Source: Schizochytrium sp. TIO01 (taxonomy: Eukaryota; Protista; Bigyra: Labyrinthulomycetes). From it: 64,000 nt of DNA. Position numbers and translations under genes: made by a program. Each line of letters opens with the position of its first letter. Positions within the stretch are counted from its first letter, which is position 1. Under the pieces are notes generated by a model. The model was given only the letters and a program-made list of their open reading frames with translations, searched no databases and had not been told where the DNA came from. Where the stretch lies: the NCBI GenBank assembly GCA_004764695.1, contig SMSO01000025.1, positions 1,612,001 through 1,676,000 of the forward strand, read 5' to 3'. Shown here in pieces: positions 1-10,138 of the stretch.

Positions 1-788
1 GTGGGCACTGCCTCGAAGCCAAGTACTCCATCCGGGCGTTCTGCTGTAAGGTTGAGGCTCAAGACAAGAGCGCCGCGGTGCACCTGAGGAAAGGATATAG
101 CTTCACCTTTCGCATCATAGCAGAGAATATTGCGGCTCAAACTCGTCGGTGAAAGCGGCGCGTCCTCACAAGGCGTCTGCTTGCGGAAGATCATCAACTG
201 GGACAAAGGTTGGTGTGCGTGTACACGAACGTTGAAGCTGCGAGGGGAAACCTCCATCCAAAGCTCTCCAGAACCTTCGACAGTATCGTACAGTCCACAG
301 CCATCAAAGATACCTCTCACCATGAGGTCAACGCGACCAATACTGGATTTCGGAGATAACGATCCATTAAGTCCCTCTTCTAAGTCTAATTTAGCGCACG
401 GAAATAGATATGTTTGGCCCTTGAGCAACAGGACACCTTGCGCGGGGTCGACATCTTTACGTTCGAGCACAAGATCACTGTTCTCTGCTTGAACGAGAGC
501 ACGGATGCTCTGGCGATGCGGCAAGACTTTATCACGCACCAAATAGCACTCTCTGCCCACGGGAAGGTCAACACTGGCTGGTTCAATGTGCTGCAAAAGT
601 AAATTTGACTCCCTGTCCTGTCCAGAAGCTGAATCCGGGGCCTCTTCTCCGCCATCAATGCTCTGGTCGTTAGAGCGATTCACGCCATTTGTGCAAGGTC
701 CTGATGCAATGTCAAGAAGCTCAATATCACCTTTGCGCACCAACTCCTCGAGTTCGTGGTCTACAAGCGCAACAACATCGACGTCCAT
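1..788 (-). CDS. dcd: dCTP deaminase, bacterial DCD family (PF06559-like); 3' end runs off the window
   Basis: Not in the ORF track because there is no stop inside the window. Hand translation of the minus frame (open from ~1265 to base 1); from ATG 788: MDVDVVALVDHELEELVRKGDI...QHIEPASVDLPVGRECYLVRDKVLP...GVLLLKGQTYLFP...LSPKSSIGRVDLMVRGIFDG...ELWMEVSPRSFNVRV...PLSQLMIFR...LVLSLNL...LGFEAVP. This matches the remembered family motifs QIQPASLDL, NPKSSTGRLD and LYxEISPRTF...LSQIRFR. Upstream in-frame ATGs exist (e.g. 1259). Confidence 0.8.
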   Translation of the reverse strand, partial: MDVDVVALVDHELEELVRKGDIELLDIASGPCTNGVNRSNDQSIDGGEEAPDSASGQDRESNLLLQHIEPASVDLPVGRECYLVRDKVLPHRQSIRALVQAENSDLVLERKDVDPAQGVLLLKGQTYLFPCAKLDLEEGLNGSLSPKSSIGRVDLMVRGIFDGCGLYDTVEGSGELWMEVSPRSFNVRVHAHQPLSQLMIFRKQTPCEDAPLSPTSLSRNILCYDAKGEAISFPQVHRGALVLSLNLTAERPDGVLGFEAVP

Positions 789-1869
789 CTTGACCACCTC
801 GGTAGTTAGAGTTCTATGCAAATGAGCTCGATGCCAATGCCTGTTTTGCTTTGTGCAGTTTAGCTTCAAACCACGCACCAAACTTAAGTTTAACTTTTGA
901 GAGTCAAACTCAAGTTGCGAAGCCTTTGTGCACCTACTAGGGTTCAACCTTCTAGGCTCTATTGACCTTGCCGCTGCAAAGCTCTTTGCAATGCGGTTTT
1001 GCGTCATGGTGGTTGAGCTCTTCCAAAGCTCTTTCGCTACAGTTGAGTTTTTTTTAAGAATAAATGTTGTGAACAGAACCAGCATTTCGCCCAAAGTGAT
1101 TCGCAGCCGGGTCTTTTCGAGTACGAAAAGAATCCTTAAGTAGTCTAGGCGCCTCGTGCTGGCACCAGGTCTTTGTGGTCCGAGAGGCTGAGTCAAAACC
1201 AGGCTGTGGCACTCTCGCATCATCTTGGAGTCTGGTGAGCTCGCATTTTCTAAGAGCATTCCATTCACTCACTTCCCTTTCCCTCTTACTTTCCCTTGAA
1301 CCAGAGTTCTTTTTTATTGCTGTTCTTATCTTATTTCTAACGTTTAAGGCCATAATTAACGACGTGTACGAGCGAGCATCAACAGCAGAGCAGAAGGTGC
1401 CGGAAATTAGACTCGTCATGGGCCTTTAGCACGTTAGCTACTTCGACAAGAGACAAATTCAAGAAAGGCCATATCTTCAGTAAGTGGGACCTTGAGCCCA
1501 TCTTCGAGAAGCGTGTCGGGAATTCGGCCTTTCGGACATCTTCAGCCGCTCCACACTAGTGTCTATACCTTAAATTGCTAGAAGTTTGCCATTTTATTGC
1601 CGCTACCGCTGATCCCAGACGAGAGTTCTTTCGATTGTGCGTGTAAATCCGTAACAACGTGAGGCGCTGCACGAGCAGTATATCAACAGCAGGTCGGTGA
1701 AGGCTGGCGTCGAGGTTGACACTTGCTGCTTATGAGACCTTAAGGTGATAGACTTGGGGTAATACTTCAAGAGCTGCGACAGCAAAGGCGTGGGCTTAAG
1801 TTAGATTTTCCAAGAGAAGGCCTTCTTCTGCGAGAGGTACAGTAGTCAACCTGCACGTGGAGAACGCTC

Positions 1870-3639
1870 ATGGGGTTTTCAGGTGAAATCGTGAGTGCCT
1901 CTGGTCATTATGAGGAGTTTGTTTGCGCAATATGCGTGCAGCTGGTAGACTTGCATGAAAGCGTGTTGACAAGCTGTTCTCATGTGTACTGCAGTTCATG
2001 CATGGGAGAGTGGTTGAAAAGGAAAAGGTCGTGCCCAACGTGCAATAAAGACCTCTCACTGCAATCAACTAGCCAATTGCCGCTCCTCAAATACGGGAGT
2101 CCTCTGGCCTGGCGTGTTCTCTCCCGAGTCCGCATTCGTTGCCCTCTCAACTCATGTTTGTGGGAGGGTGACTACTCGGAACTTCAAGGACATTTACAGT
2201 CCTCTTCAGAACACGTCCAATCTTCAGCACAAAGCTCCAGAGAGACTGCCTTGACTTTGAAAGAGCAAGCCAATGCAAAGTATTCCGCGCGGGCTTTTCA
2301 TGATGCACTGCAGCTATACACTAAAGCGATCAGTTTCTGCGATGACATCGCTGCCATTTACTCGAACCGAGCTGCAGTGTATCTGTCTCTCAATCAGTTT
2401 AATGAAGCTTTGAAAGATGCAAAGAAAGCTGTTGACCTTGACCCTACTTTCGCAAAGGCGTGGGTACGAGGTGCAAAAGCCTACATTGGACTTGGTGATT
2501 TGAAGTTAGCTGCAGAGTTTTTACGCCAAGCGCCTCAAGAGGTTCTGCAGGTTTCCGGAGTGAAAGGAACTCTACGGGAAGTAGATCGCCTATGGGAACT
2601 TATGCAATCTGCAGAGTCTGCTCTTGCGAAAGGGGACTATTTGCAAGCAAGAAACGCGGCAACTCCCCTTCTTAGCGAGTCCAGCGCACCAAACATTATG
2701 CTCTTGGCTGCACGGGCTGAGTGTGAAGCTGGTAGTTGTCAGCGCGCCCTCAAGCTTGCTCTTCAAGTTCTGCGTGCCAATTCTTCAGAACCAGCCGCGT
2801 ATGTCGTACGCTCTTTGGCGATGTTATACAATGGAGATTTGAACGAGAGCATTGAATATGTGCGTGCTGCGTTGCGTCTGAGCCCGGATGACCAGGAGGC
2901 ACTTGCAACATTTCGGAGGATTAAGACAATTCGTAATCTTTTCACAGAGGCGCAAAATGCTGTCAATGCAAAGGACTATGAACGCGCGATTACAGGGCTC
3001 ACTGAACTTGTTCGCAACCAGCCCATGCCAGTTCGGTCAACAATCTATGCCCAGGCCCTTGCGGAGCGTGCAAACGCTTATTTTCGCGCTGGACAACATG
3101 GCGAGGCCTTAAAGGATTGTGCTTCAGCAATTTATGTGCAGGAGGACAACAAACGTGCTTGGCTTACGAAAGTATACGCGCTTCATGCATTAGGTCGTCA
3201 TGAGGATGCTTTAAGAGAACTGGAAGGTCTTATGCAAGGTTGGGGCCAACAGGATGCTGTCATCCGCGGGGCTTACGAGAAGGCTCAATTTGAGGTTCGA
3301 AGGCTGAAGCGCCCTGATTATTACAAAGTGTTGACTCCCGCTTCTGGTGTGCGCCCTTTGACGCCAGTTTCATCGGAGCTGGAGATCAAAGCTGCATATA
3401 AACTTCGAGCCCTCGAGTGTCACCCTGATAGGCTTCCGCCTGATTCCACACCGGAAGAGCGTAAGCGCAGTGAAGAGGATTTCAAGTTGGCTGGCGAAGC
3501 GCTTGAAATCTTGACAGACTCTTTTAAGCGGAAGTTGTATGACGAAGGTTTTGACAAAGCAGCCATCGAAGAACGGGTCCAACGTGCTTCTGAGCAACGC
3601 CATCATGGAAGTGGGCGTCACCATCATCACCCCCATTAA
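1870..3639 (+). CDS. RING-finger + TRAF/SIAH-like Zn finger + TPR array + C-terminal J domain (DNAJC7-like co-chaperone with N-terminal RING)
   Basis: C3HC4 RING CAIC...CSHVYCSSC...CPTC; RCPLNSCLWEG...GHL Zn-finger-like; TPRs (LKEQANAKY...ALQLYTKAI, IYSNRAAVY); J domain DYYKVL...LECHPDR...FKLAGEALEILTD...RKLYD with intact HPD. Confidence 0.88.
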   Translation: MGFSGEIVSASGHYEEFVCAICVQLVDLHESVLTSCSHVYCSSCMGEWLKRKRSCPTCNKDLSLQSTSQLPLLKYGSPLAWRVLSRVRIRCPLNSCLWEGDYSELQGHLQSSSEHVQSSAQSSRETALTLKEQANAKYSARAFHDALQLYTKAISFCDDIAAIYSNRAAVYLSLNQFNEALKDAKKAVDLDPTFAKAWVRGAKAYIGLGDLKLAAEFLRQAPQEVLQVSGVKGTLREVDRLWELMQSAESALAKGDYLQARNAATPLLSESSAPNIMLLAARAECEAGSCQRALKLALQVLRANSSEPAAYVVRSLAMLYNGDLNESIEYVRAALRLSPDDQEALATFRRIKTIRNLFTEAQNAVNAKDYERAITGLTELVRNQPMPVRSTIYAQALAERANAYFRAGQHGEALKDCASAIYVQEDNKRAWLTKVYALHALGRHEDALRELEGLMQGWGQQDAVIRGAYEKAQFEVRRLKRPDYYKVLTPASGVRPLTPVSSELEIKAAYKLRALECHPDRLPPDSTPEERKRSEEDFKLAGEALEILTDSFKRKLYDEGFDKAAIEERVQRASEQRHHGSGRHHHHPH

Positions 3640-4317
3640 TCATCCATTCTTATGTTATATTTTAAAGAACTAATTATTATCCAGGCGCTGCTATTTTGAT
3701 GGAGGCCATGAAAAAAATATTGAGGTTGCGGAAGGATCTCTTCAAAATATCGTGATCATCAGCAAATTCTTTCCTTTAAAAAAGGAAGAGAAAATGTCCT
3801 TTCTTTAGAAGAACCATTGCGGTTGAGGGATATAGTCAGCAGGTTATGTTAGTGGCAATTTTAGAAAGAACGCAGACGTATTATACAACATTAGTTTCAA
3901 ACCCTCGAAAACCCATTCTTTTCCAAAGAGAGAATACTCCTAAAGTCACACTCTCCTGTAAAACAGCTTTTTGATATTTCTCGTCATCATTTAGTAAACC
4001 CTCATAAATTTAATTTCTTCATATTGTCGAAATGCTGCCTCGCAGGCGTAAACCTTGTTCACTCCTATATAATTCGACGAGAACTCTATTCTCCTACCCT
4101 AATCGCTTAAGAGTTCTTAATTCCATTAGTTGTAGTGGAGAAGTTCCTTATCCGTCCCACATATCGAGGATATCCTCGATGTCCAGAATTGGCTGGTTGG
4201 AGAGACAAATGTTAAGACTTATAAGAAGGAGAAGGAGACAAGGGAAAAGAAGGAGCCTTCAACAGAACCACGAATAGCCCGCGGCCAGACAGACGCCTGT
4301 CTGAATCGCGTGCGACG

Positions 4318-7300
4318 ATGGCAGATTCCGACGTGCTGCAACGCTTCCGTGGCGTGCAGCGTGGCACTCCCGATGATCTCGCCCGTTCCGCAGCTGTGGA
4401 GGCCTTGACCGAGATCATCCTCGACCAGCGCCGCGAGCTGCACAAAAGCGGTGGCAAGGATGCCGCCTCTCTGAGTAAGCCTCCCTCCGCCACAGAGTAC
4501 TTCGCGAGTCTCATGATGGCACTTCAGGGCCCTTTCAGTGAGCAGCACGATTCTCTTGTCTTTCTTCTCTCCGTCGCTCTCTCCGAGGTGCCGCGGCCTG
4601 TCCTGCGTCTCAAGGGCGAGGCCTGCGTGGAAACTCTTCTGCGTGTGCTGCGTCATGAGGAGGAATCCGCAACAGAGGATGGTGATGATAGCACCAAACT
4701 AAGCCGCCACTGCCTCACAGCACTCTCGAAGGTTCTTGCAGCCCAGGAGCCCGGTCGCGCAACCTGGGATCGGTCAAAGTTCTTCCAGGCCTTGAACCTG
4801 CTCGTGCGTACAACTGCTGACGCACGCCCGAAAGTGCGCAAGACTGCCCAGCATGCGTGCGAAGCTGTCTTGCAAGCTCACGCAAAGGGACCTGGAACGC
4901 CGCATAAGGTTGTTTGTCAGCTTGCATCCAGCGCTATGAAGAAGTGCTCTCTCAACGAGTGCGCGACCATTATGCGCCTGCTCTCCTTCTGTGTGCACGT
5001 TGCCCCACTTTTGGTGACTAGTGCTCCCTTCCGTGCTGTTTTTGATCTCACCAAGCAACTCACACGCTTGCTACAGCTCGGACACGTCATGCTCTCTACC
5101 TCGGCACTCAAGGCACTCCAGACATTTGTGGAGATCTTGCCTCAATCCCGTGTCCCCCAAGGTGAAGATGGCGAGAAGACGCTCGAGGAGGCCGTTGATA
5201 AGGAGTTGCTGAGGGTGTGTAACCAGCTTGCAGCGTGCATGGCTGAAAGTGATCAGCAGCGTCATTTCACAAATGACCCCAAGCTTTGTGGAACCTGGGT
5301 GGCCACTCTTCAACGGGCAGAGGCGCAACGCTTCAAAACCTCAAAGGAGTCCAGAAGCCTTGTGCCCCTCGCCAAGGCTGCCGATGCATTTGTCAGCTGC
5401 ATGAGTGCAGGCATGCGTCTTGCCGGAGACCGCAAGGTTTCACCGCTTGGTCAGCCTCAGGTCGCCCTCTCCGTTGGCGCACTCTCCTCGCTCGTAAAGA
5501 TGGAGGTTGCGGTGTGCACCGACACCTCGGAACTGATCGAGTCCCTTGAACCACTTCTCGGTCCACAATTTGAAGAATCTTGGCCGCTCTCGCTCGAAAT
5601 CCTCAGAGCTTACTTCGCAGGCCGTGATGAGGCAGCCTCCGCTGGAGACAAGGCACAGACTATTCCTGCGTCGGTCATCGCGAAGGAGAAGGCATGGATC
5701 CAGAACCTTGGCGCCATCCGTGAGGCCGTCATCAACCCAGTGACTGGTGCTGACAAGCCCAAGATGATAATCCGTTGGCGAGGCGCCATGGAGCGACTCT
5801 TTGGCACTGTTATCGCCTCAATGGGTCCCGAGTTTGTTTTGGGAGCACTTCCTCTCGAAACTGGCGGTGCACAGGGCCTTTCACCTATCCGCCTTTGGCT
5901 CGTTCCGCTTCTCCGCGAGCACATGGGAACTGGGTATGCCTCTACGAAGCTTGCTTTCTTCCGGACGCACATCCTTCCCCTTGCAGAAAAGTGCGAAAAC
6001 GCATCGCAAGACCCTTCTCTTGGCCCGAACTCGGCCAGAACCCAGCAGATGCGCTTTATGCAACTCTGGTCTCTCCTCCCCGGATTCTGTCTCAAGCCGG
6101 AGGATGTGGGTCGTCCTGAGGGACTCCGCGCACTGGCGCCTGTGCTCGGAAAGGCCATGAGCGACGAAAGGTTTCCTGAGCTCACAGAAATCGTTTGTCA
6201 AGCGCTCCAAAACATTGTTGCCTTTGTACGCAAGCAGCAGGATGGCCAGGAAGACGAGGCACAGAAGCAGAAGAGTAAGGAAGAAGCTGCTGTCGTGGAG
6301 GACCTTGGACGCAACTTTTTGCCGCTGCTCTTCAACCAGTTTGACGAGCTCGCTGCGGCAGGGGTTAGGGAACGCGCTGACTATGTTCTGCGCCTCATCT
6401 CCGTGTACGCGCTGGCAGCACCCAGTGAGCTTGTGAACACTCTGTTTAGACAGCTTGTGCAGCAGCTGCTAGAGGCTACTAAGGCTATGGAGGCACAGCG
6501 CAACGGCACTGCTCGGAAGGAGAAGACCAACAAAAACGATAAGAACAGCAACAAAAACGAGAACGACGACGATGAAGACAGTGAAGACGATGACGATGAA
6601 GACAGCATGGGAGACGAAAGTGACGATGACGACGAAGACGATGAGGAGCTTGATGAGGAGCGTCAGAAAATGCACTCACTTACCTCTCTCGCTCTTGCAC
6701 TTGTACCAGCTCTTGATGACAAGTCCATCGGCCTTTTGTACCGTGTTGTGCAGCCCTATTTGCAAGACGAGGATGAGCCTGTGCTTCAAAAGCGTGGGTA
6801 CCGTGTCCTTGAGGCTATCTGCGAGCACCACGTCGCATGGACTTTGGAGCGCCATGAGGAGCTTATCCAGCTTCTCCAGGCAGCATTTTATGCTTCATCT
6901 CCCAGTACACGCACCGCCCGCCTCAAGACTATGCGCCACGTAATCCGTGCGCTCGCCTCCGAGGAATGCGACCTTCCGGCATCTCAAGTCCAGGCCGTCT
7001 TTGGCGACATGCTTGGAGAAGTTGTTCTTTGCACGAAGGAAACTAACAACAAGGCCCGCTCTGCTGGCTACAAGCTCATTATCGAGATGGCTCACGCTCT
7101 TGAAGCTGCCTATGCCCAGGAAGAGGCAAGCGAGCCTGGTACTGGACTCCGCAACTTCTTGCACATGGCAGTTGGAGGCCTCGCGGCCCAGACCCCGCAC
7201 ATGCGCAGTGCTGCCCTGAACGTTTGCTGCCGCTTCTATGGCGTCTTCTTTCGGGAGCAGAACATTCAGAAGGACCTTCTTGAGGTGGCACAGACTGCTC

Positions 7301-8298
7301 TGCTCCTCCTTCAAGAGAAACACCGCGAGATCGCCAAGTCTGCCATCAGCTTTGCCAAGGTATGCACTATCCGCCTACCCCAGGAGACACTTACGCAGCT
7401 CGTCCCAACCCTCGTGGAAAACCTCGCCCCCTGGATGGACAGCGATAAGAACCGATACAAGCTGCGGATCCGCGTAATCTTCGAGCGCATGCTGAAGCGT
7501 GTGGACCCAGAAATTATCCTTGAGTGTGGCGCCCTCCCTGCTGATCACAAGATGCTCACCTACATTCGCAAACAGGCCAGCTACAAGCGCCGCAGATACG
7601 AGCGCCGCCGCAACGGTGACACCTCTGTGGGAGTTGCCCCTGGCAAACGTCGCACCAATAACGATGGATCTGATGACGACTCTGATCTCGATGACATGGA
7701 GGAGGACACTCACGGTCGTTCGCGCAGACGCAACGCCCGTACTAACCAGCCTGCTGATGAAGATCTCATCATGGATGAGGGCGGCGAGGCTCTGGATCTC
7801 TTGGGTGCCTCCGCTCTGAGCCGTGTTAAGGCACGCGCGAAGGCGTCCGCTCTCAAGGCTGGTGCTTCTGGTGATTCTTCTCTTCCTTCTGAGTTTAAGA
7901 TGTCTAGTGATGGTCGCATCATTGTTCCGAACGACGGGCAGGATGAAGAGGAAGGCGATGACGATGTTGGAGATGTTCGCAAGCGCCGCCGCTACGCTAG
8001 TGATGACGATAGTGAGGATGAGGAGGAGCCCGTTGCACGAGGTGGGCCCACCAAGAATCTTGCAGCGCTGCGTGCCAAGAAGTCGAAGATGGAGGGCCCC
8101 GGTGGTGCCTTCAAGTCGAAGAAGTCTGGCGGTGATGTCAAGAAGAAACAGTCCAAGTTTGAGCCATTTGCTTACATCAAGCTTGACCCGAAGCTCATGA
8201 ACCGCCGTCGCAAACACGATTCGGCACGCCAGTTCCGTGGACTTTCCGGCAAACGTTTCAAGCTTCGTGAAGGTGGAAAGAACCGCAATGAGAAGTAA
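4318..8298 (+). CDS. RRP12: RRP12-like ribosome biogenesis HEAT-repeat protein (NUC173)
   Basis: 1326 aa; TEYFASLM, DARPKVRKTAQ, QLWSLLPGFC, LQKRGYRVLE, EVVLCTKETNNKAR, C-terminal GGDVKKK..FEPFAYIKL typical of Rrp12. Confidence 0.92.
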   Translation: MADSDVLQRFRGVQRGTPDDLARSAAVEALTEIILDQRRELHKSGGKDAASLSKPPSATEYFASLMMALQGPFSEQHDSLVFLLSVALSEVPRPVLRLKGEACVETLLRVLRHEEESATEDGDDSTKLSRHCLTALSKVLAAQEPGRATWDRSKFFQALNLLVRTTADARPKVRKTAQHACEAVLQAHAKGPGTPHKVVCQLASSAMKKCSLNECATIMRLLSFCVHVAPLLVTSAPFRAVFDLTKQLTRLLQLGHVMLSTSALKALQTFVEILPQSRVPQGEDGEKTLEEAVDKELLRVCNQLAACMAESDQQRHFTNDPKLCGTWVATLQRAEAQRFKTSKESRSLVPLAKAADAFVSCMSAGMRLAGDRKVSPLGQPQVALSVGALSSLVKMEVAVCTDTSELIESLEPLLGPQFEESWPLSLEILRAYFAGRDEAASAGDKAQTIPASVIAKEKAWIQNLGAIREAVINPVTGADKPKMIIRWRGAMERLFGTVIASMGPEFVLGALPLETGGAQGLSPIRLWLVPLLREHMGTGYASTKLAFFRTHILPLAEKCENASQDPSLGPNSARTQQMRFMQLWSLLPGFCLKPEDVGRPEGLRALAPVLGKAMSDERFPELTEIVCQALQNIVAFVRKQQDGQEDEAQKQKSKEEAAVVEDLGRNFLPLLFNQFDELAAAGVRERADYVLRLISVYALAAPSELVNTLFRQLVQQLLEATKAMEAQRNGTARKEKTNKNDKNSNKNENDDDEDSEDDDDEDSMGDESDDDDEDDEELDEERQKMHSLTSLALALVPALDDKSIGLLYRVVQPYLQDEDEPVLQKRGYRVLEAICEHHVAWTLERHEELIQLLQAAFYASSPSTRTARLKTMRHVIRALASEECDLPASQVQAVFGDMLGEVVLCTKETNNKARSAGYKLIIEMAHALEAAYAQEEASEPGTGLRNFLHMAVGGLAAQTPHMRSAALNVCCRFYGVFFREQNIQKDLLEVAQTALLLLQEKHREIAKSAISFAKVCTIRLPQETLTQLVPTLVENLAPWMDSDKNRYKLRIRVIFERMLKRVDPEIILECGALPADHKMLTYIRKQASYKRRRYERRRNGDTSVGVAPGKRRTNNDGSDDDSDLDDMEEDTHGRSRRRNARTNQPADEDLIMDEGGEALDLLGASALSRVKARAKASALKAGASGDSSLPSEFKMSSDGRIIVPNDGQDEEEGDDDVGDVRKRRRYASDDDSEDEEEPVARGGPTKNLAALRAKKSKMEGPGGAFKSKKSGGDVKKKQSKFEPFAYIKLDPKLMNRRRKHDSARQFRGLSGKRFKLREGGKNRNEK

Positions 8299-8689
8299 AC
8301 TCAACTCTATGCAGTACTTTTCTATCGTTTATGATACGAAATTTCAATTCGACCATCCAACTATTCATTGCTAGCAACCACGGCGCACCAAAGCGCCTTT
8401 GAGAATTGGCTGTGACTGCCTGGCTCTGCTTTCTTTCCTCAAATATCTTTTGTTTTTGTTATTTTCTACGAAACAAGGTTTCAAAAAGGTCAGTTTGCTG
8501 CTTCTTTAGCATGACCCTTTTGTTTTTTCTTATCAAATCTGATACGTGCCCTTCTCTCTTAGGAAAAGATTCTTTGTCCTCGTTTGACACACAAACACAT
8601 CTACACACACATTGAGTACCGAGTGATCTATTGGTACATGCGCAAATACTACTACTACTACATACTCTAAAAATGAAAAGTCTATGTTT

Positions 8690-10138
8690 TTACATGAGCA
8701 GTTGAGTTTCTTCTTCATTTTCACTTGGCTTGGGACGCGGCATTAAAAGAGTGTCCTCGCTTTGCGGACTTGCCTTCTCATTTACTTTACGGTTGTGGTG
8801 TTCATCATCGGCATCATCGTTTTCATCAAAGAAATCGAACGGGTTGCCAATGTAATAATTTCGTTTTGAAGCAGTAGTCACCGACAAGTTCGTGTACGAT
8901 GAAGCTGACGAATTGGACGAGGTCCTGCCTCGTCGCGATGCTCCAATTTCGGCTGACACCGCTTCTGTATCAGTAGGTCCTGCATTGGAGGAGGTAGCAG
9001 AGGATGCACTTGCGGCGCGTGGCGCACGAAGCTTAGGTACCACTGGAGGTGGTGCTGGATGACCATACTTGGACGAGGACGCCGCAGTACCAAGACTGGC
9101 ACTTCTATCCTCTTTGGATGCTGGAAAAGGAATGGGGTCGAAAGGGTTAGCAAGAGAAGCATCAGGACCAGATGTATTGTTGAGCCTAGCGCCGGAGGTG
9201 CCAGGATCTGTAACAACGCCAAAGCCCAAATCCACTTCGTCATCAGGACGCTGTGGAAGCGCTTCAAGTCGATCCGCTGTAGAGTGCAAGCGGTCATTCA
9301 TTTGAAGACATGACTCGAGGAATGAGTCAGAGAGCAATCCCTGGGCGCTGGCTTCAATTAACGTAAGCATGCGAGGTTTGCACTGGAGCAAGAAATCAAG
9401 CACATCTAGAATTTCCTCAGAGTCCTTGTAAATGCCCTCGCTATTTGCCAGGTGATCAGCAACTTCGAGTTTGCACCCAAGTACGGAAAGGTCGTGCTCT
9501 AGTTTGTCAATGTCTGTAGGCCGTAAACCATTTTCTGACCTTGAAGTACGGGAGAATGCACCAAATGCAGCCGGCTCTGCAGCCAGTGCCGCCGCGGGAG
9601 CACTTTCCCTGGCAGGGAAGACCACACCTTGCGCTAAAAGGCTTGCGTAGACCTCATAGAACCCTGGGTATGAAGGACGGTCTTGCATGAGCTGCCCAAG
9701 CTCTTGAATCACCTCAAGAGCTCGTTCTTGGACTTCAAGCCAAGCCTGGGGAACTGAACCTGAGCCTTTCTTGGTGAAAGGTGCTGTTTTGCCAAGAGCC
9801 ACCTCAGAAACGAACTTCATGAACTCTTTTGTACCTCCAAGCGCATGCAAAGCACACGATGTACCGTTTTTCACGCACGTTTCAATGAGACTGAGAGTGA
9901 GTTTTACAGATTTAGGACTTGAGCAGGATAGTCTCTCTACAAGAGCTCTGGCCACAAGCGTTGCATGGTCAACGGATGCGTTGCAGAAATCCGCAACCTC
10001 AAGGTTCGCAGCCCAGTCTTCTGCCAGAAGGATATCCGAAGTCGCACGATCCACAAGAGGCCACGCTGCGTTGCGTTTTTCCGCGCTACGCGCAGAAGAG
10101 TTACTCCCTCGCTTTAACCAGCTTGTCAACGAGTCCAT
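8690..10138 (-). CDS. TOM1-like VHS-GAT ubiquitin-sorting adaptor
   Basis: VHS: VDRATSDILLAEDWAANLEVADFCN...LTLSLIETCVKNG...YASLLAQGVVFP; GAT-like: LLQCKPRMLTLIE...LESCLQMNDRL; NPF motifs in the low-complexity tail. Confidence 0.85.
   Translation of the reverse strand: MDSLTSWLKRGSNSSARSAEKRNAAWPLVDRATSDILLAEDWAANLEVADFCNASVDHATLVARALVERLSCSSPKSVKLTLSLIETCVKNGTSCALHALGGTKEFMKFVSEVALGKTAPFTKKGSGSVPQAWLEVQERALEVIQELGQLMQDRPSYPGFYEVYASLLAQGVVFPARESAPAAALAAEPAAFGAFSRTSRSENGLRPTDIDKLEHDLSVLGCKLEVADHLANSEGIYKDSEEILDVLDFLLQCKPRMLTLIEASAQGLLSDSFLESCLQMNDRLHSTADRLEALPQRPDDEVDLGFGVVTDPGTSGARLNNTSGPDASLANPFDPIPFPASKEDRSASLGTAASSSKYGHPAPPPVVPKLRAPRAASASSATSSNAGPTDTEAVSAEIGASRRGRTSSNSSASSYTNLSVTTASKRNYYIGNPFDFFDENDDADDEHHNRKVNEKASPQSEDTLLMPRPKPSENEEETQLLM

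Noticed and set aside
7375-8304. 309 aa antisense ORF and many other ORFs overlapping RRP12, the BAG gene, RPAP1 etc.
   Set aside because: Shadow ORFs caused by codon bias of the real gene on the opposite strand or frame; no recognisable motifs.
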